Below the pieces are notes generated by a model. The model made no database searches, was not told where the DNA came from, and worked only from the letters and a program-made list of their open reading frames with translations. Positions 17,609 to 26,807 of a stretch of 64,000 nt of DNA are shown here, piece after piece (within the stretch, counting starts at the first letter, position 1; each line of letters opens with the position of its first letter). Source of the stretch: Bacillota bacterium (GTDB taxonomy: Bacteria; Bacillota; Bacilli; Paenibacillales; NBRC-103111); assembly GCA_023393235.1 (NCBI GenBank), contig JAEWMH010000080.1, positions 5,157 to 69,156 of the forward strand. The letters are read 5' to 3'. Both the position numbers and the translations under genes were made by a program.

Positions 17609-17920
17609 CTACAGCCGGAAGCGGCGAACATGATCGTGAAGCTGCTCCTTTTCCAAAATCTCCTTCTGCCTAGGCCCCATCAGATCGAAGTGGGGATACG
17701 GCGGATGCTCATGGATGTAAGCCGGATTCAGCCCATGCCTCTTGCACCACTCGGTCAGCACTTTCCGGTCGGAGCAGCCTACCTTGGTCACAGTCCGGAT
17801 GGACGGAAACCGCGGGTCAGTCCAGTAGTGAGTCAGGTACGCAATTTCCCCGCGGGTTACCGCCTCTTTCCATTGCTGCAGCTCCTGCCGCTTCACGCCG
17901 AATGCCAAGGATTTCACCAC
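17609..17920 (-). CDS. conserved hypothetical protein
   Basis: 103-aa ORF with coding-like composition. No motif I can name. Confidence 0.6.
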   Translation of the reverse strand: MVKSLAFGVKRQELQQWKEAVTRGEIAYLTHYWTDPRFPSIRTVTKVGCSDRKVLTEWCKRHGLNPAYIHEHPPYPHFDLMGPRQKEILEKEQLHDHVRRFRL

Positions 17921-17984
17921 CTGTCAGATATGCCACCAGTTTACCTCTTATTGAGGATAGGAGCAACTGCAGGAACACATCACA

Positions 17985-18962
17985 CTACAACACCTCGCCG
18001 AATAAAACGGAATCCTCTTCAAGCCCTTCGGCCAGCCTTTCCCTTAACCCGGTTAACCACTCCGGCTCATTCTCCCACTTCTCACCAGCAGCCCGCAAGA
18101 CTCGGGCATATCCATACAACTTGGCGAACCGCTTGCATGCGGCCACTATATTCTCAGCATCGCCGGAAACCTCATATTCAGTCCGGTACCCATCCAGAAA
18201 ACATTGTTTCTTCTGTTCAAAATCCTCCGGAGGGACCTCTTCCCGCAAGCTCTCCAGCGCCTGGTCAATATCCATCACATACCAATGATACATCGCATCA
18301 TCAAAATCTATGACATGGCAGGTTTGAGTCTGTTCATCATAGAAGACGTTATCGTATTCAAAATCATAATGAATCAAACCAAAGTCAGCCTGCGATTTGG
18401 GAAGCGAAGCAAAATACCCTCGCAGCAACTCCGTTTCCTCTAATGCCGCTGTCTCTCCGGGAAATGCGGTCAGCACATCCTGAATCCAGTCCAACACATC
18501 AGCATAGGACCATCTTTTGACTTCACCCGGCATATATTCACTGGACAAACGATGGAGCTTGCCCAATGCCTTCCCGTAGCAGACCATAACGTCATCCGGG
18601 AAATCGGTACGATCCAGCTGAACCCCCGGAACCCGCTTGAAGACTGATGCAACATAAGCTCCCCATGGAGTCTCCACCTCAACAAGCTTTCCGCCAGCCT
18701 TGGATGGAACCGCCTCTAACACACCATACCCCTTGCCGCGCAGGTAAGCAATAAACTCCAGCTCGGCCAGAAGGTTCGGCTTAAGCTTTTCCTCCTGGGG
18801 AGCGAACCGCAGGAAATGAGTCGTCCCGTCCCGTTTGAACGGGTAAATCGCATTGGAGGATACCCGGTAATGCTTAAACATCCCGGTGTCCTCGTAATCC
18901 CAATTCTGCAGCAGCATTTCCGCCAAGTCCCGGTTATCAAAAAGATACTTTAGTTTCAGCAC
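17985..18962 (-). CDS. aminoglycoside/choline-kinase-type phosphotransferase (APH family)
   Basis: Catalytic loop LIHYDFEYDNV and VIDFDDAMYHWY. Confidence 0.85.
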   Translation of the reverse strand: MLKLKYLFDNRDLAEMLLQNWDYEDTGMFKHYRVSSNAIYPFKRDGTTHFLRFAPQEEKLKPNLLAELEFIAYLRGKGYGVLEAVPSKAGGKLVEVETPWGAYVASVFKRVPGVQLDRTDFPDDVMVCYGKALGKLHRLSSEYMPGEVKRWSYADVLDWIQDVLTAFPGETAALEETELLRGYFASLPKSQADFGLIHYDFEYDNVFYDEQTQTCHVIDFDDAMYHWYVMDIDQALESLREEVPPEDFEQKKQCFLDGYRTEYEVSGDAENIVAACKRFAKLYGYARVLRAAGEKWENEPEWLTGLRERLAEGLEEDSVLFGEVL

Positions 18963-19102
18963 GTAGCCAACATCTCTCCTTTTAAGCTTGGATTACCATC
19001 ACATTTCTGATCCTTTCAATTGTACATGGAAACCTCCAAAAGGCTTAAGGGAGAGTTTATATATATTAAAACTAGGGTCAGCTTCGGCTAACCGCTGTTC
19101 CT

Positions 19103-19393
19103 TCATTCATCCGGCAAAATGTTCACCAGGTGCTTCCAGAAGGTCAGACCATCCTTTAATCCGGCAAAATACAACCACTCCTTTTCAATCGTGCAGCGGA
19201 AATTGAGATTCTCTTCCCATTCGAGAATCTGCCGGTACTGCTCGGAGGTTAATTGCAGCTTCAATTCGGTGGCCAATTCGTCCTGCTGTTGAGCAAGCTC
19301 ATTCACTTCATCCAAGTGAAACGCCTCAATCGAACGCTCCAAAAAGCGCAACTCAAAAGCAGGCCGCACCCATTCCGGCCAAGGTTCGGGCAT
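19103..19393 (-). CDS. hypothetical protein
   Basis: 96-aa acidic helical ORF with GGAGGAAAC before the ATG. Confidence 0.55.
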   Translation of the reverse strand: MPEPWPEWVRPAFELRFLERSIEAFHLDEVNELAQQQDELATELKLQLTSEQYRQILEWEENLNFRCTIEKEWLYFAGLKDGLTFWKHLVNILPDE

Positions 19394-19563
19394 GTGGTTT
19401 CCTCCTTCTTCCCCGTGTCATCAATCTTGATATTTTTTCTTTAGGAATACATAATCGATTATACAATTGACTAATATAAGTATCAATAAATTAATTTTTG
19501 ACCATTAAATATGTATTTCTTATAGAGTAAGTTACATCTACACTCAACATGAGGTGTAGGCAT

Positions 19564-19908
19564 ATGTCTGAAATCCTGGTTAATGTAGGAAAACGAATCC
19601 GTGAAATTCGAAAGTCCCGTGGTTTATCCCAAGCCGCTTTAGCAGAAAAATGTGGTTTTACCTTTTCCTATATCGGTGGTGTGGAACGGGCAGAAAAGAA
19701 TATCTCTTTGTTAAACCTGGAGAAAATTGCAGAGGGTTTAGATGTAGGTGTCCATCAATTTTTTACGTATTCTTATCAGTATGAACAATTATCAAATAAT
19801 GAAGCAACAATCAAAGAAATCGTTTCCTTGCTGATCAATCAAGATTCGCAATCCATTGAGATGGTGAAAAATATCGTAGCAGAAGTGTTGAGGAATTCAA
19901 GGCAGTAA
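19564..19908 (+). CDS. XRE-family HTH transcriptional regulator
   Basis: IREIRKSRGLSQAALAEKCGFTFSYIGGVERAEKNISLLNLEKIAEGL. ATG 19564 lies behind GAGGTG. Confidence 0.85.
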   Translation: MSEILVNVGKRIREIRKSRGLSQAALAEKCGFTFSYIGGVERAEKNISLLNLEKIAEGLDVGVHQFFTYSYQYEQLSNNEATIKEIVSLLINQDSQSIEMVKNIVAEVLRNSRQ

Positions 19909-19934
19909 AATAAGTTATCTCCATAAGACCTAAT

Positions 19935-19966
19935 GAACAAGCGCTCTCTAGACGCTTGTTCTTTTT
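19935..19966 (+). terminator. intrinsic terminator
   Basis: GAACAAGCG ... CGCTTGTTC followed by TTTTT. Confidence 0.85.
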
Positions 19967-19997
19967 ATGTTAGCAACTGGGGAGGTGTTCCTTTGAT

Positions 19998-20289
19998 ATG
20001 AAATTGAGCGAAGCCCGGAATCAAAAAAAGCTTAACCCAAGAGCAGGTTAGCCGCGCTATCAATGTTTCCCTTAAACACTATCAGAATATCGAGCATGGA
20101 CTGACCTCTCCCACGGTTAATATCGCGTTGCATATTTGTGAAATTTTAGGGGTAGACCCGCGGGAGATAGATGAATGGAAAGATAGGCGAAAGGAAGAAA
20201 AATTGAAGGGTGACGTACATTTTGAGTCAATCATCAAGCAAACCCAAGCGCACTCCCATGTTGACAACAATTATTGGGGGGATATTTAA
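19998..20289 (+). pseudogene. frameshifted XRE-family HTH gene
   Basis: MKLSEARNQKKL then an extra A near 20033 breaks the frame. In the +1 frame it continues TQEQVSRAINVSLKHYQNIEHGLTSPTVNIALHICEILGV. Confidence 0.7.
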
Positions 20290-20480
20290 AGGAAACCAGG
20301 TTGACTAGAACCAACCTTCGCCAAGAGGATTTAGCAGGTATCTGCGGGGTGGACTGAGCCTACATTTCCCTGATCGAGAGAGGCAAAAACGAACCATCAG
20401 TCAGCAAATTATTTGAGCTGTGTGAAGCCATGAACCTTTCACCGACTGAATTCTTTTCAATGTTAATCAAAGCCGCAAAT
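20258..20480 (+). pseudogene. decayed XRE-family HTH gene (frameshift plus in-frame TGA)
   Basis: MLTTIIGGIFKGNQVD* then LTRTNLRQEDLAGICGVD*AYISLIERGKNEPSVSKLFELCEAMNLSPTEFF. Confidence 0.65.
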
Positions 20481-20547
20481 ACAGAGTCATCTGTTTCCGC
20501 GGCTTGTTTTTTGATTTTTACGAAGTGTAATTCATTTATCCTCCCCC

Positions 20548-21399
20548 TCACCCCTCATAGTAGGCCTTCACCTTTGGCGGGAAAGGCAGTCTTTCTTGTT
20601 TCATGAGGTCCACCAGCTCGTCAAACATATCCATATAGCCAAACTCCAAGCTGATTTCAGCGAAGTCGGTTATGTACCCGAGATAACCTGGAAAATGAAA
20701 AGTACTCTCTTGCAGGTATGGATCAGCCTTGGCCGCATCCCAATGCTTCCGGAATTCCAGGCGGTCATGCTTATAAAAATCCATTCGGCTTTCATAAATA
20801 CTGTTCATGACAAAACTCTTATTAGGGTACACCTCTGTTTTGAACATTTCCTCGATTCTCTCAAATTCCTTCAGGGCTTCAATTTTACTACCAGATTGAT
20901 AGAGGGTTGTCGCATAATTGCAAAACAAATGAAGATCATTCGTTTGCTGATACAGCTTCAGAAAATACCGGGCACCGAGGGCTCTGTGTTTCGCATTCTT
21001 GGAGTCGGATAATTCATAGGCAACATCTTTTTTGTCGCGCAGGTCCAACGAATCAAAATCCATGGCCATCAGCTTGTCCAGCCGGTTTCTTCTCCGTTTT
21101 TCCGCCTTCTCCAGCTTCTCCAGCTCTTTTAGATAAGTGACGGCCTGATGGGAGTCAGGGAATTGTTCCAGTCTCGCACGGACCTTTTGCAGGGTGCTGC
21201 CGACATCATCCACATATACTTCAAGGGCACATTCAATTTCAATGTAACTGATAAAAAGCGCAAGCTGCACATTTTCCAACCCAACATCCTGATCATGCTC
21301 TTCTAAATAGGCTAAGATGTTTGTCAGAGCCTTTTTATTTTCCTTATACTGCTTCCTTAACTCCGGAGGCAAGGCTTTTTCATCAAATGGCTTTTTCAC
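20548..21399 (-). CDS. hypothetical cytoplasmic protein (no recognisable family)
   Basis: ORF 20548..21540 overlaps the upstream gene. Preferred GTG start at 21399 behind GAGAGGG (VKKPFDEKAL). Confidence 0.6.
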   Translation of the reverse strand: MKKPFDEKALPPELRKQYKENKKALTNILAYLEEHDQDVGLENVQLALFISYIEIECALEVYVDDVGSTLQKVRARLEQFPDSHQAVTYLKELEKLEKAEKRRRNRLDKLMAMDFDSLDLRDKKDVAYELSDSKNAKHRALGARYFLKLYQQTNDLHLFCNYATTLYQSGSKIEALKEFERIEEMFKTEVYPNKSFVMNSIYESRMDFYKHDRLEFRKHWDAAKADPYLQESTFHFPGYLGYITDFAEISLEFGYMDMFDELVDLMKQERLPFPPKVKAYYEG

Positions 21400-21433
21400 A
21401 GGGGCACCCTCTCGGTTTTTGTCAAAATCAGAC

Positions 21434-22417
21434 TCACACCTCAAATATCGGCTCAATTGACTCCATAATAAACTCAATCCGGTCCTTCGCCTCCGGCATA
21501 AAAAGTGATGCGATGGAAACAACCAGTTTTTTCTTGGCATTGACGTAGATGACGTTTCCTCCGTCGCCCAGGGCGGCGTAGATTTGCTCGTCTTCGTTTA
21601 TAATCCACCACAGATAACCATACGAAAGCTCCCCCCAGCGGCTCTGCTCCTGAGTGCTTTCCTTGATCCACCCGGCCGGCACAATTTGTTCGCCATTCCA
21701 GAGGCCCCCTTCTGCATACAGCTGTCCCAATTTCGCCATATCCGCAGGTGTCAGGAAAAGCCCCCAGCTTGCCGTGTTGATCCCTTGCGGGTCAACAACC
21801 CATCCGGTTGTGTGCTTATCATTCATCACGGCATGATGCTCTTCTTCATTGCGCAGCACTACATGGTGCGGAACCTTGATGCCCAGCGGGGAGAATAGCT
21901 GCTCCGTCGCGAACTCCAATATGGATTGCCCCGCTGCCTGAGCCAGAATGCCGGACAAGATGTGGGTTCCGACAATGGCAGAATACATAAATTCGCCGAT
22001 AGGCCCGTCGCCCCCCAATAAATCCAGGGCAGCGTTCACCCAATTTTCACTGACAAAAAACGCTTGGTAGGGTTCCAACTCGTATTTATAAGGAGCCGTC
22101 ATGGTCAGCAAATGTTTGATCGTCACGTTTTGTATAGTGGTTTCCCCTGCTTTCACCACATAGTCCGGGAAAAAATCCAGCACCTTCTGGTCCACACTCC
22201 GAATCAGTCCTTTGCCGATGGCGATGCCAATCAACGCGGAGAACACACTTTTGGTTACCGAAAACACATGAAGGGCGTTACCGGCGGTATAACCGTTGAA
22301 GTAGTGCTCCAAGCATGTGATGCCGTTTTGTTGTACAACAATCCCTGCGATATTCCTATAATCCCTGCTAATTGTCTGTTCAAGCTCCTTGATTTTCGTC
22401 TGATCCATACCATCCAT
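21434..22417 (-). CDS. serine hydrolase, beta-lactamase/PBP4* (class C-like) family
   Basis: SxxK motif FSVTKSV near the N-terminus. 327 aa. Confidence 0.85.
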   Translation of the reverse strand: MDGMDQTKIKELEQTISRDYRNIAGIVVQQNGITCLEHYFNGYTAGNALHVFSVTKSVFSALIGIAIGKGLIRSVDQKVLDFFPDYVVKAGETTIQNVTIKHLLTMTAPYKYELEPYQAFFVSENWVNAALDLLGGDGPIGEFMYSAIVGTHILSGILAQAAGQSILEFATEQLFSPLGIKVPHHVVLRNEEEHHAVMNDKHTTGWVVDPQGINTASWGLFLTPADMAKLGQLYAEGGLWNGEQIVPAGWIKESTQEQSRWGELSYGYLWWIINEDEQIYAALGDGGNVIYVNAKKKLVVSIASLFMPEAKDRIEFIMESIEPIFEV

Positions 22418-22576
22418 TCCTCCTTGAGTGATAAATATTATCTACATCAAGATGGTATATTGATTAAAAATGCTTTTCAAGTCCTTTTAAAAAATTTATT
22501 GGCGGAGGGGGCCCGCCCCCAAGGGTCACAACCTTCCCACACCAAAAAAGCCGCTACCCTTTGGGAGATTCCCCAA

Positions 22577-22796
22577 TGTTAACGGCCTTCATTTTCCCTG
22601 TACCGAGAATCTAACGAAGCTCACAAGCCTTATTTTGCGAAAATCAGCTGGTTTGAAAATGTAACGAACGCGAGCCACGCTATTCTTTATATTGAAGCCG
22701 CTTCGGAGCCTTGGTAGGCGAAATAGGCTCTTACAGATTCGTTAGAATATAAATCTCACCATAATTGGCGAAATAACGTTGCCCATATTCGTTAGC
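22577..22796. repeat. nested-palindrome intergenic repeat, copy C (TAACGAA variant)
   Basis: ctaacgaagctcacaagccttattttgcg, gtaacgaacgcgagccacgctattc, then ggcgaaataggctcttacagattcgttaga and ggcgaaataacgttgcccatattcgttag. Confidence 0.8.
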
Positions 22797-22909
22797 AAAT
22801 GCCCCCAAGTAAGTGTTTATCAATTTCACAGGGACTCTCTCATTTTTTGAGATTTTCGTTTATGATAGTGGTTGAACCCGGCTATTTCATAATGGAGGAT
22901 GGCGACGCT

Positions 22910-23659
22910 ATGGACAAACAATCGGTTTATGATACAAACGGCCTTTATTGGGATACAAAAGGGAATGAGGTGCTGCGGGCCATTGTGCTGCCGATGTACG
23001 GCGCATTCATCTCAGATGAGAAACACCAGCTTTTCGGGGATGTCTCCGGCAAAAGGCTGCTGGAGATCGGCTGCGGAAATGGCCGCTCCTTGCAGTATCA
23101 GGGAGAACGCAACGCAGGGGAACTGTGGGGGATGGATCTGTCCCGGAACCAACTCGAAAAAACCAGACAGCTTCTCGCGGCTTGCGGACTGTCCGCAACC
23201 TTGGTCTGCTCTCCCATGGAGGAAGAATGTGGCATACCACAGCATTATTTTGATGTTGTGTATTCGATTTATGCCATCGGCTGGACCACCGATCTGGAGG
23301 GCACCTTTTGCCGGATCGCCTCTTACCTGAAACAAGACGGTGTGTTTATATTCAGCTGGTCCCACCCAATTCACAGGTGCGCAACCGCCGAAGGACAAAT
23401 GTATGCTTTTAAGAAGAGCTATTTCGATGAGTCCTGGTATTCGGTATTCCCCGATCCGTCCAAGGAGGATGTGCTGGCCTTGTCCGACCGCAAGCTATCC
23501 ACTTATGTGAACGCGCTGGCCAAAGCAGGATTTGTGATTGAACAGCTGATTGAGGAAACCGAACCGGAGCTTCTGCAGCAGCGTGACCCAAACAGCGACT
23601 TTGCAAAACGCGCGGCGATGTTCCCGCTAACCTTTGTCATCAAAGCAAGGAAACGGTAA
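22910..23659 (+). CDS. class I SAM-dependent methyltransferase
   Basis: Motif I LLEIGCGNG. Preferred ATG at 22910 behind GGAGGA. Confidence 0.85.
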   Translation: MDKQSVYDTNGLYWDTKGNEVLRAIVLPMYGAFISDEKHQLFGDVSGKRLLEIGCGNGRSLQYQGERNAGELWGMDLSRNQLEKTRQLLAACGLSATLVCSPMEEECGIPQHYFDVVYSIYAIGWTTDLEGTFCRIASYLKQDGVFIFSWSHPIHRCATAEGQMYAFKKSYFDESWYSVFPDPSKEDVLALSDRKLSTYVNALAKAGFVIEQLIEETEPELLQQRDPNSDFAKRAAMFPLTFVIKARKR

Positions 23660-23667
23660 GTTCTGGA

Positions 23668-24030
23668 CTACTCTTCTATTTTCCAAATCACATTTTCTCC
23701 GTAGTTCTTGCCCCAATCGTACATGGCATGCAATAAGGGCATCAAGCTTTGGCCATATTCCGAGAGGGAATATTCCACCCGCGGCGGCACCTCGGCATAT
23801 ATCTTGCGCTGGATCAGCTGGTCTTCCTCCAGCTCACGCAGTTGGTTGGTCAATATTTTTTGGGTTACGTGGGGGATCAGACGTTTCAACTCGCTGAACC
23901 GTTTGGTGCCCTCCAGCCCAAGATGCCATAATATAATGAGCTTCCATTTGCCGCCTATAACAGCAAGCGTCAACTCCTTCTCGCAGTTGATTTCCTTCAA
24001 ATTGATGCGTTCCTTTACTTCGGCGGCCAT
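23668..24030 (-). CDS. hxlR: HxlR-family transcriptional regulator
   Basis: [18 protein letters not shown] ... [33 protein letters not shown]. Adjacent to hxlAB. Confidence 0.85.
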   Translation of the reverse strand: MAAEVKERINLKEINCEKELTLAVIGGKWKLIILWHLGLEGTKRFSELKRLIPHVTQKILTNQLRELEEDQLIQRKIYAEVPPRVEYSLSEYGQSLMPLLHAMYDWGKNYGENVIWKIEE

Positions 24031-24141
24031 GAACCAGGTCTCCCCTCATCATTTCATTTTTCGGGCGAATCTAGGATATCTCTTCATACTACACTACAGC
24101 AGGCCGCGGATGCAAAAAGGAAGCATCAACCCTATACATGC

Positions 24142-24179
24142 AAAAAGACCGGAATCCTGATGAATCAGGAATCCCGGTC
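24142..24179 (-). terminator. intrinsic terminator after hxlB
   Basis: GACCGGGATTCCTGA-ttca-TCAGGATTCCGGTC followed by TTTTT on the minus strand. Confidence 0.8.
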
Positions 24180-24188
24180 TCGCTTCGC

Positions 24189-24752
24189 TTATTCCAGGTT
24201 GGCATGTCGGCTGAACATATCCGAACCGGAGACACCTTTCTTATCCATCAACAGTAACACCAGGGTGTCCAGCCCCAATAAGAGTCCTTGCTCGAACAGC
24301 GTACCCATGGGCTGGATGGTAAACATAGCGCCGGAGGAAGCTGTGTCCTCCTTTGCGGAAGCCGGAATTCGAACGGTAACACCCGCCAATTGCCCGATGG
24401 AGGATTGTGGCTTAATTGTAACGAGCCCGATCTTTGCTCCCACGCTTGCAGCTTTTTTGGCCATCAGCAGCAGACTTACCGTTTCACCCGACCCCGAGCA
24501 CAGCAGCAGCATATCCTTCGGGCCAATTCCCGGACTAACCGTCTCCCCCACCGTATAGGCCTGCAATCCCATTTGCATCAGCCGCATAGCAAAGGTCTTG
24601 CCCATCAAACCGGAACGGCCTGCCCCGGCAACGAATATTTTCTCAGACTGGAGAATCTGTTCGGCCATAGCCTGCATGTCCACGTTGTCGAGTTGGCTGA
24701 GTGTCAGCTCCAGCTCCTTCAGGATATGCGCTGCATATTGTCTGCCTCTCAT
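24189..24752 (-). CDS. hxlB: 6-phospho-3-hexuloisomerase (SIS domain)
   Basis: FVAGAGRSGLMGKTFAMRLMQMG. 187 aa, immediately downstream of hxlA. Confidence 0.88.
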   Translation of the reverse strand: MRGRQYAAHILKELELTLSQLDNVDMQAMAEQILQSEKIFVAGAGRSGLMGKTFAMRLMQMGLQAYTVGETVSPGIGPKDMLLLCSGSGETVSLLLMAKKAASVGAKIGLVTIKPQSSIGQLAGVTVRIPASAKEDTASSGAMFTIQPMGTLFEQGLLLGLDTLVLLLMDKKGVSGSDMFSRHANLE

Positions 24753-24757
24753 GCCGC

Positions 24758-25390
24758 TTACCCTTGTTTGATCAGACGCTGAATTTCGGAAGCGACTGCA
24801 GCCTTGTCTGCCGCTCCGGTAATTCCGCCGCCTACAATAACCAGGTCCGGGTTGGCCTTGATCACCTCAGGCAGGGTTTCCAGCTTGATGCCGCCGGCAA
24901 CGGCGGTTTTCGCGTGGGTCACCGCCCGTTTGATGGTTTGCAGATCCTCGAAGGGGTTTTCTCCGGCAGCCTGCTGGTCATAACCGGTGTGTACACAAAT
25001 ATAATCCACGCCCAGCGCATCCACCTCACGTGCACGCTTCTCCAGATTCGCCACGTTTATCATATCCACCAGAATTTTCTTGTTCTGCTTCTTGGCTTCC
25101 TCGACAGCACCTTTGATGGTCATATCATTGGTGGCACCCAGGACAGTGACCAGATCCGCTCCCGCCTCAGCCGCCTTCATGATTTCATAGCCGCCTGCAT
25201 CCATAATTTTCAGGTCAGCCAGCACCTCCAGATGCGGGAAGGCATCTTTCATTGCTTTTACCGCATGAAGACCTTCGTTAATGACGATGGGTGTACCGAT
25301 TTCCACGATGTCTACATAGGGTTCCACTTCTTTCACAAGGGCGATTCCGTCCGGGATATTGACCAGATCCAATGCCAGCTGCAATTTCAT
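24758..25390 (-). CDS. hxlA: 3-hexulose-6-phosphate synthase
   Basis: MKLQLALDLVN ... VDIVEIGTP ... LADLKIMDAG ... IAGGIKLETLPEVIKA.PDLVIVGGGI closely resembles B. subtilis HxlA as I recall it. Confidence 0.92.
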   Translation of the reverse strand: MKLQLALDLVNIPDGIALVKEVEPYVDIVEIGTPIVINEGLHAVKAMKDAFPHLEVLADLKIMDAGGYEIMKAAEAGADLVTVLGATNDMTIKGAVEEAKKQNKKILVDMINVANLEKRAREVDALGVDYICVHTGYDQQAAGENPFEDLQTIKRAVTHAKTAVAGGIKLETLPEVIKANPDLVIVGGGITGAADKAAVASEIQRLIKQG

Positions 25391-25530
25391 ATGAGTTGTC
25401 TCCTTTGTTGTTGGATTGTGAAAGGATAGCCGCTTTACTCCATCATTGTAGAGTCGATTCCTCCGCCGGGGAAATACGCACTTTGAAGTGGTGTAGTTAC
25501 GTGGACGAAACTATTGGGTATTTCCCGCAC

Positions 25531-25555
25531 AAAAAAACCTCCCGGTAAGGGGAGG
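25531..25555 (-). terminator. intrinsic terminator
   Basis: CCTCCC-cttacc-GGGAGG followed by T7 on the minus strand. Confidence 0.8.
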
Positions 25556-25581
25556 CGCAAATTATTTTCTACAGGTTTGAC

Positions 25582-26598
25582 CTACTCCATCAAACGGTCC
25601 CGGTCCTCGGCCATGGGAGGTTTTTCGAACCAGCCTTTTTCCAGCATGAGCTCCGCTCCATCCTCTGAATATAACAATTGCTCGCCGATAAGCTTTAGGT
25701 ATTGGGCAGATAGATCCCTTCGCATACACACGGCTTGTCCGGCACCGTAAAATCCTACTGCCGCCGAGGATAAAAAACCTGTGTGAAACATAATGAGCTT
25801 ATCCGAAAATGGGGATGTCGTCGAATTGGTAACCATGGATTCCCAGGAAATCGGGAAGTTCAGGTTACTCTCCATGAAAAATTTATTGAATACCTCTGTC
25901 ACTTTGGTGGAGAGCTCCAAGCCTCTTTGCAGATATATTCTCAGCTTTTTATCGTGGGCGACCTGGGCGAATGCCATGGATATGGCTTTGCTCAAGTAAG
26001 TCTTGTTCATGTTAAAGGTGATATTGCTGATTTCTATGGCTGTTAAGGGTCTGCGCCTTCCAAGCCAGCCTGTCATGAAGTTTTTCTCCGCCAATTCGGG
26101 AAATTCCGGAGAGTAGATGTATGGAGGCCGTGTATACAGCCCCTTGGCGAGAGCCAAATCCATAATGGCATTATATAATGCAATCGTTTCATTCAGACAA
26201 TCAGTATAATACCGGCGCATATCCGCCCGGCAAGATACCTGGAGAGAAACGGCATAGCCGGTCATTCCATGGTACGACATGATGAGCATATAATTTAGAA
26301 AAAAGCTGTCCAAAAATAACCGCGGCGCTTTAAGATTGACATCCTGCTCCGTAAATCCTATAGGGATCGGAAATTTTTCGTTGGTCAGAATTTGTTTTAT
26401 GTTTAAAACATGGCTTTCGGATAAGCCCAGAGCGATTTTATATATCTCTTTGATTTCTTGATCCTCAATGATCTCCAATGCATATTTACTGAAGCAGATC
26501 GACATGGAATCATTCATAAATTGAGTCCACAACGCGGCAATTTCTGTTGAGGTTAGGATGGTGCTCAAATCATGATCCATTTCGGAAAAGACCTCCAT
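25582..26598 (-). CDS. DUF3231-family protein (assignment from memory)
   Basis: Two repeated helical halves. N-terminal TSTEIAALWTQFMNDSM is typical of the family as I recall it. Confidence 0.6.
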   Translation of the reverse strand: MEVFSEMDHDLSTILTSTEIAALWTQFMNDSMSICFSKYALEIIEDQEIKEIYKIALGLSESHVLNIKQILTNEKFPIPIGFTEQDVNLKAPRLFLDSFFLNYMLIMSYHGMTGYAVSLQVSCRADMRRYYTDCLNETIALYNAIMDLALAKGLYTRPPYIYSPEFPELAEKNFMTGWLGRRRPLTAIEISNITFNMNKTYLSKAISMAFAQVAHDKKLRIYLQRGLELSTKVTEVFNKFFMESNLNFPISWESMVTNSTTSPFSDKLIMFHTGFLSSAAVGFYGAGQAVCMRRDLSAQYLKLIGEQLLYSEDGAELMLEKGWFEKPPMAEDRDRLME

Positions 26599-26807
26599 TG
26601 TCCGGGCAATTTAGTCTGCCTCACAATTCCCACTCACGGCATTCTACAACATTAAGATGGTTCCGTTACAGCAAAGTTATTCATAAAATTGGAAAACCAC
26701 ACTTAACATTTTGAACAAGGCGTACAGGGGTACGGTACATTTCTCCGCAAGAAACCCGGCTGCTCAAGGCAACCGGGTTGGGATGGGACTATTGGATCCA
26801 CGCAAAT

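Noticed and set aside
17630-18313. 227-aa plus-strand ORF spanning two minus-strand genes.
   Set aside because: It overlaps the hypothetical gene and the APH kinase gene, which has clear catalytic motifs. Its Pro/His/Leu-rich sequence is implausible.
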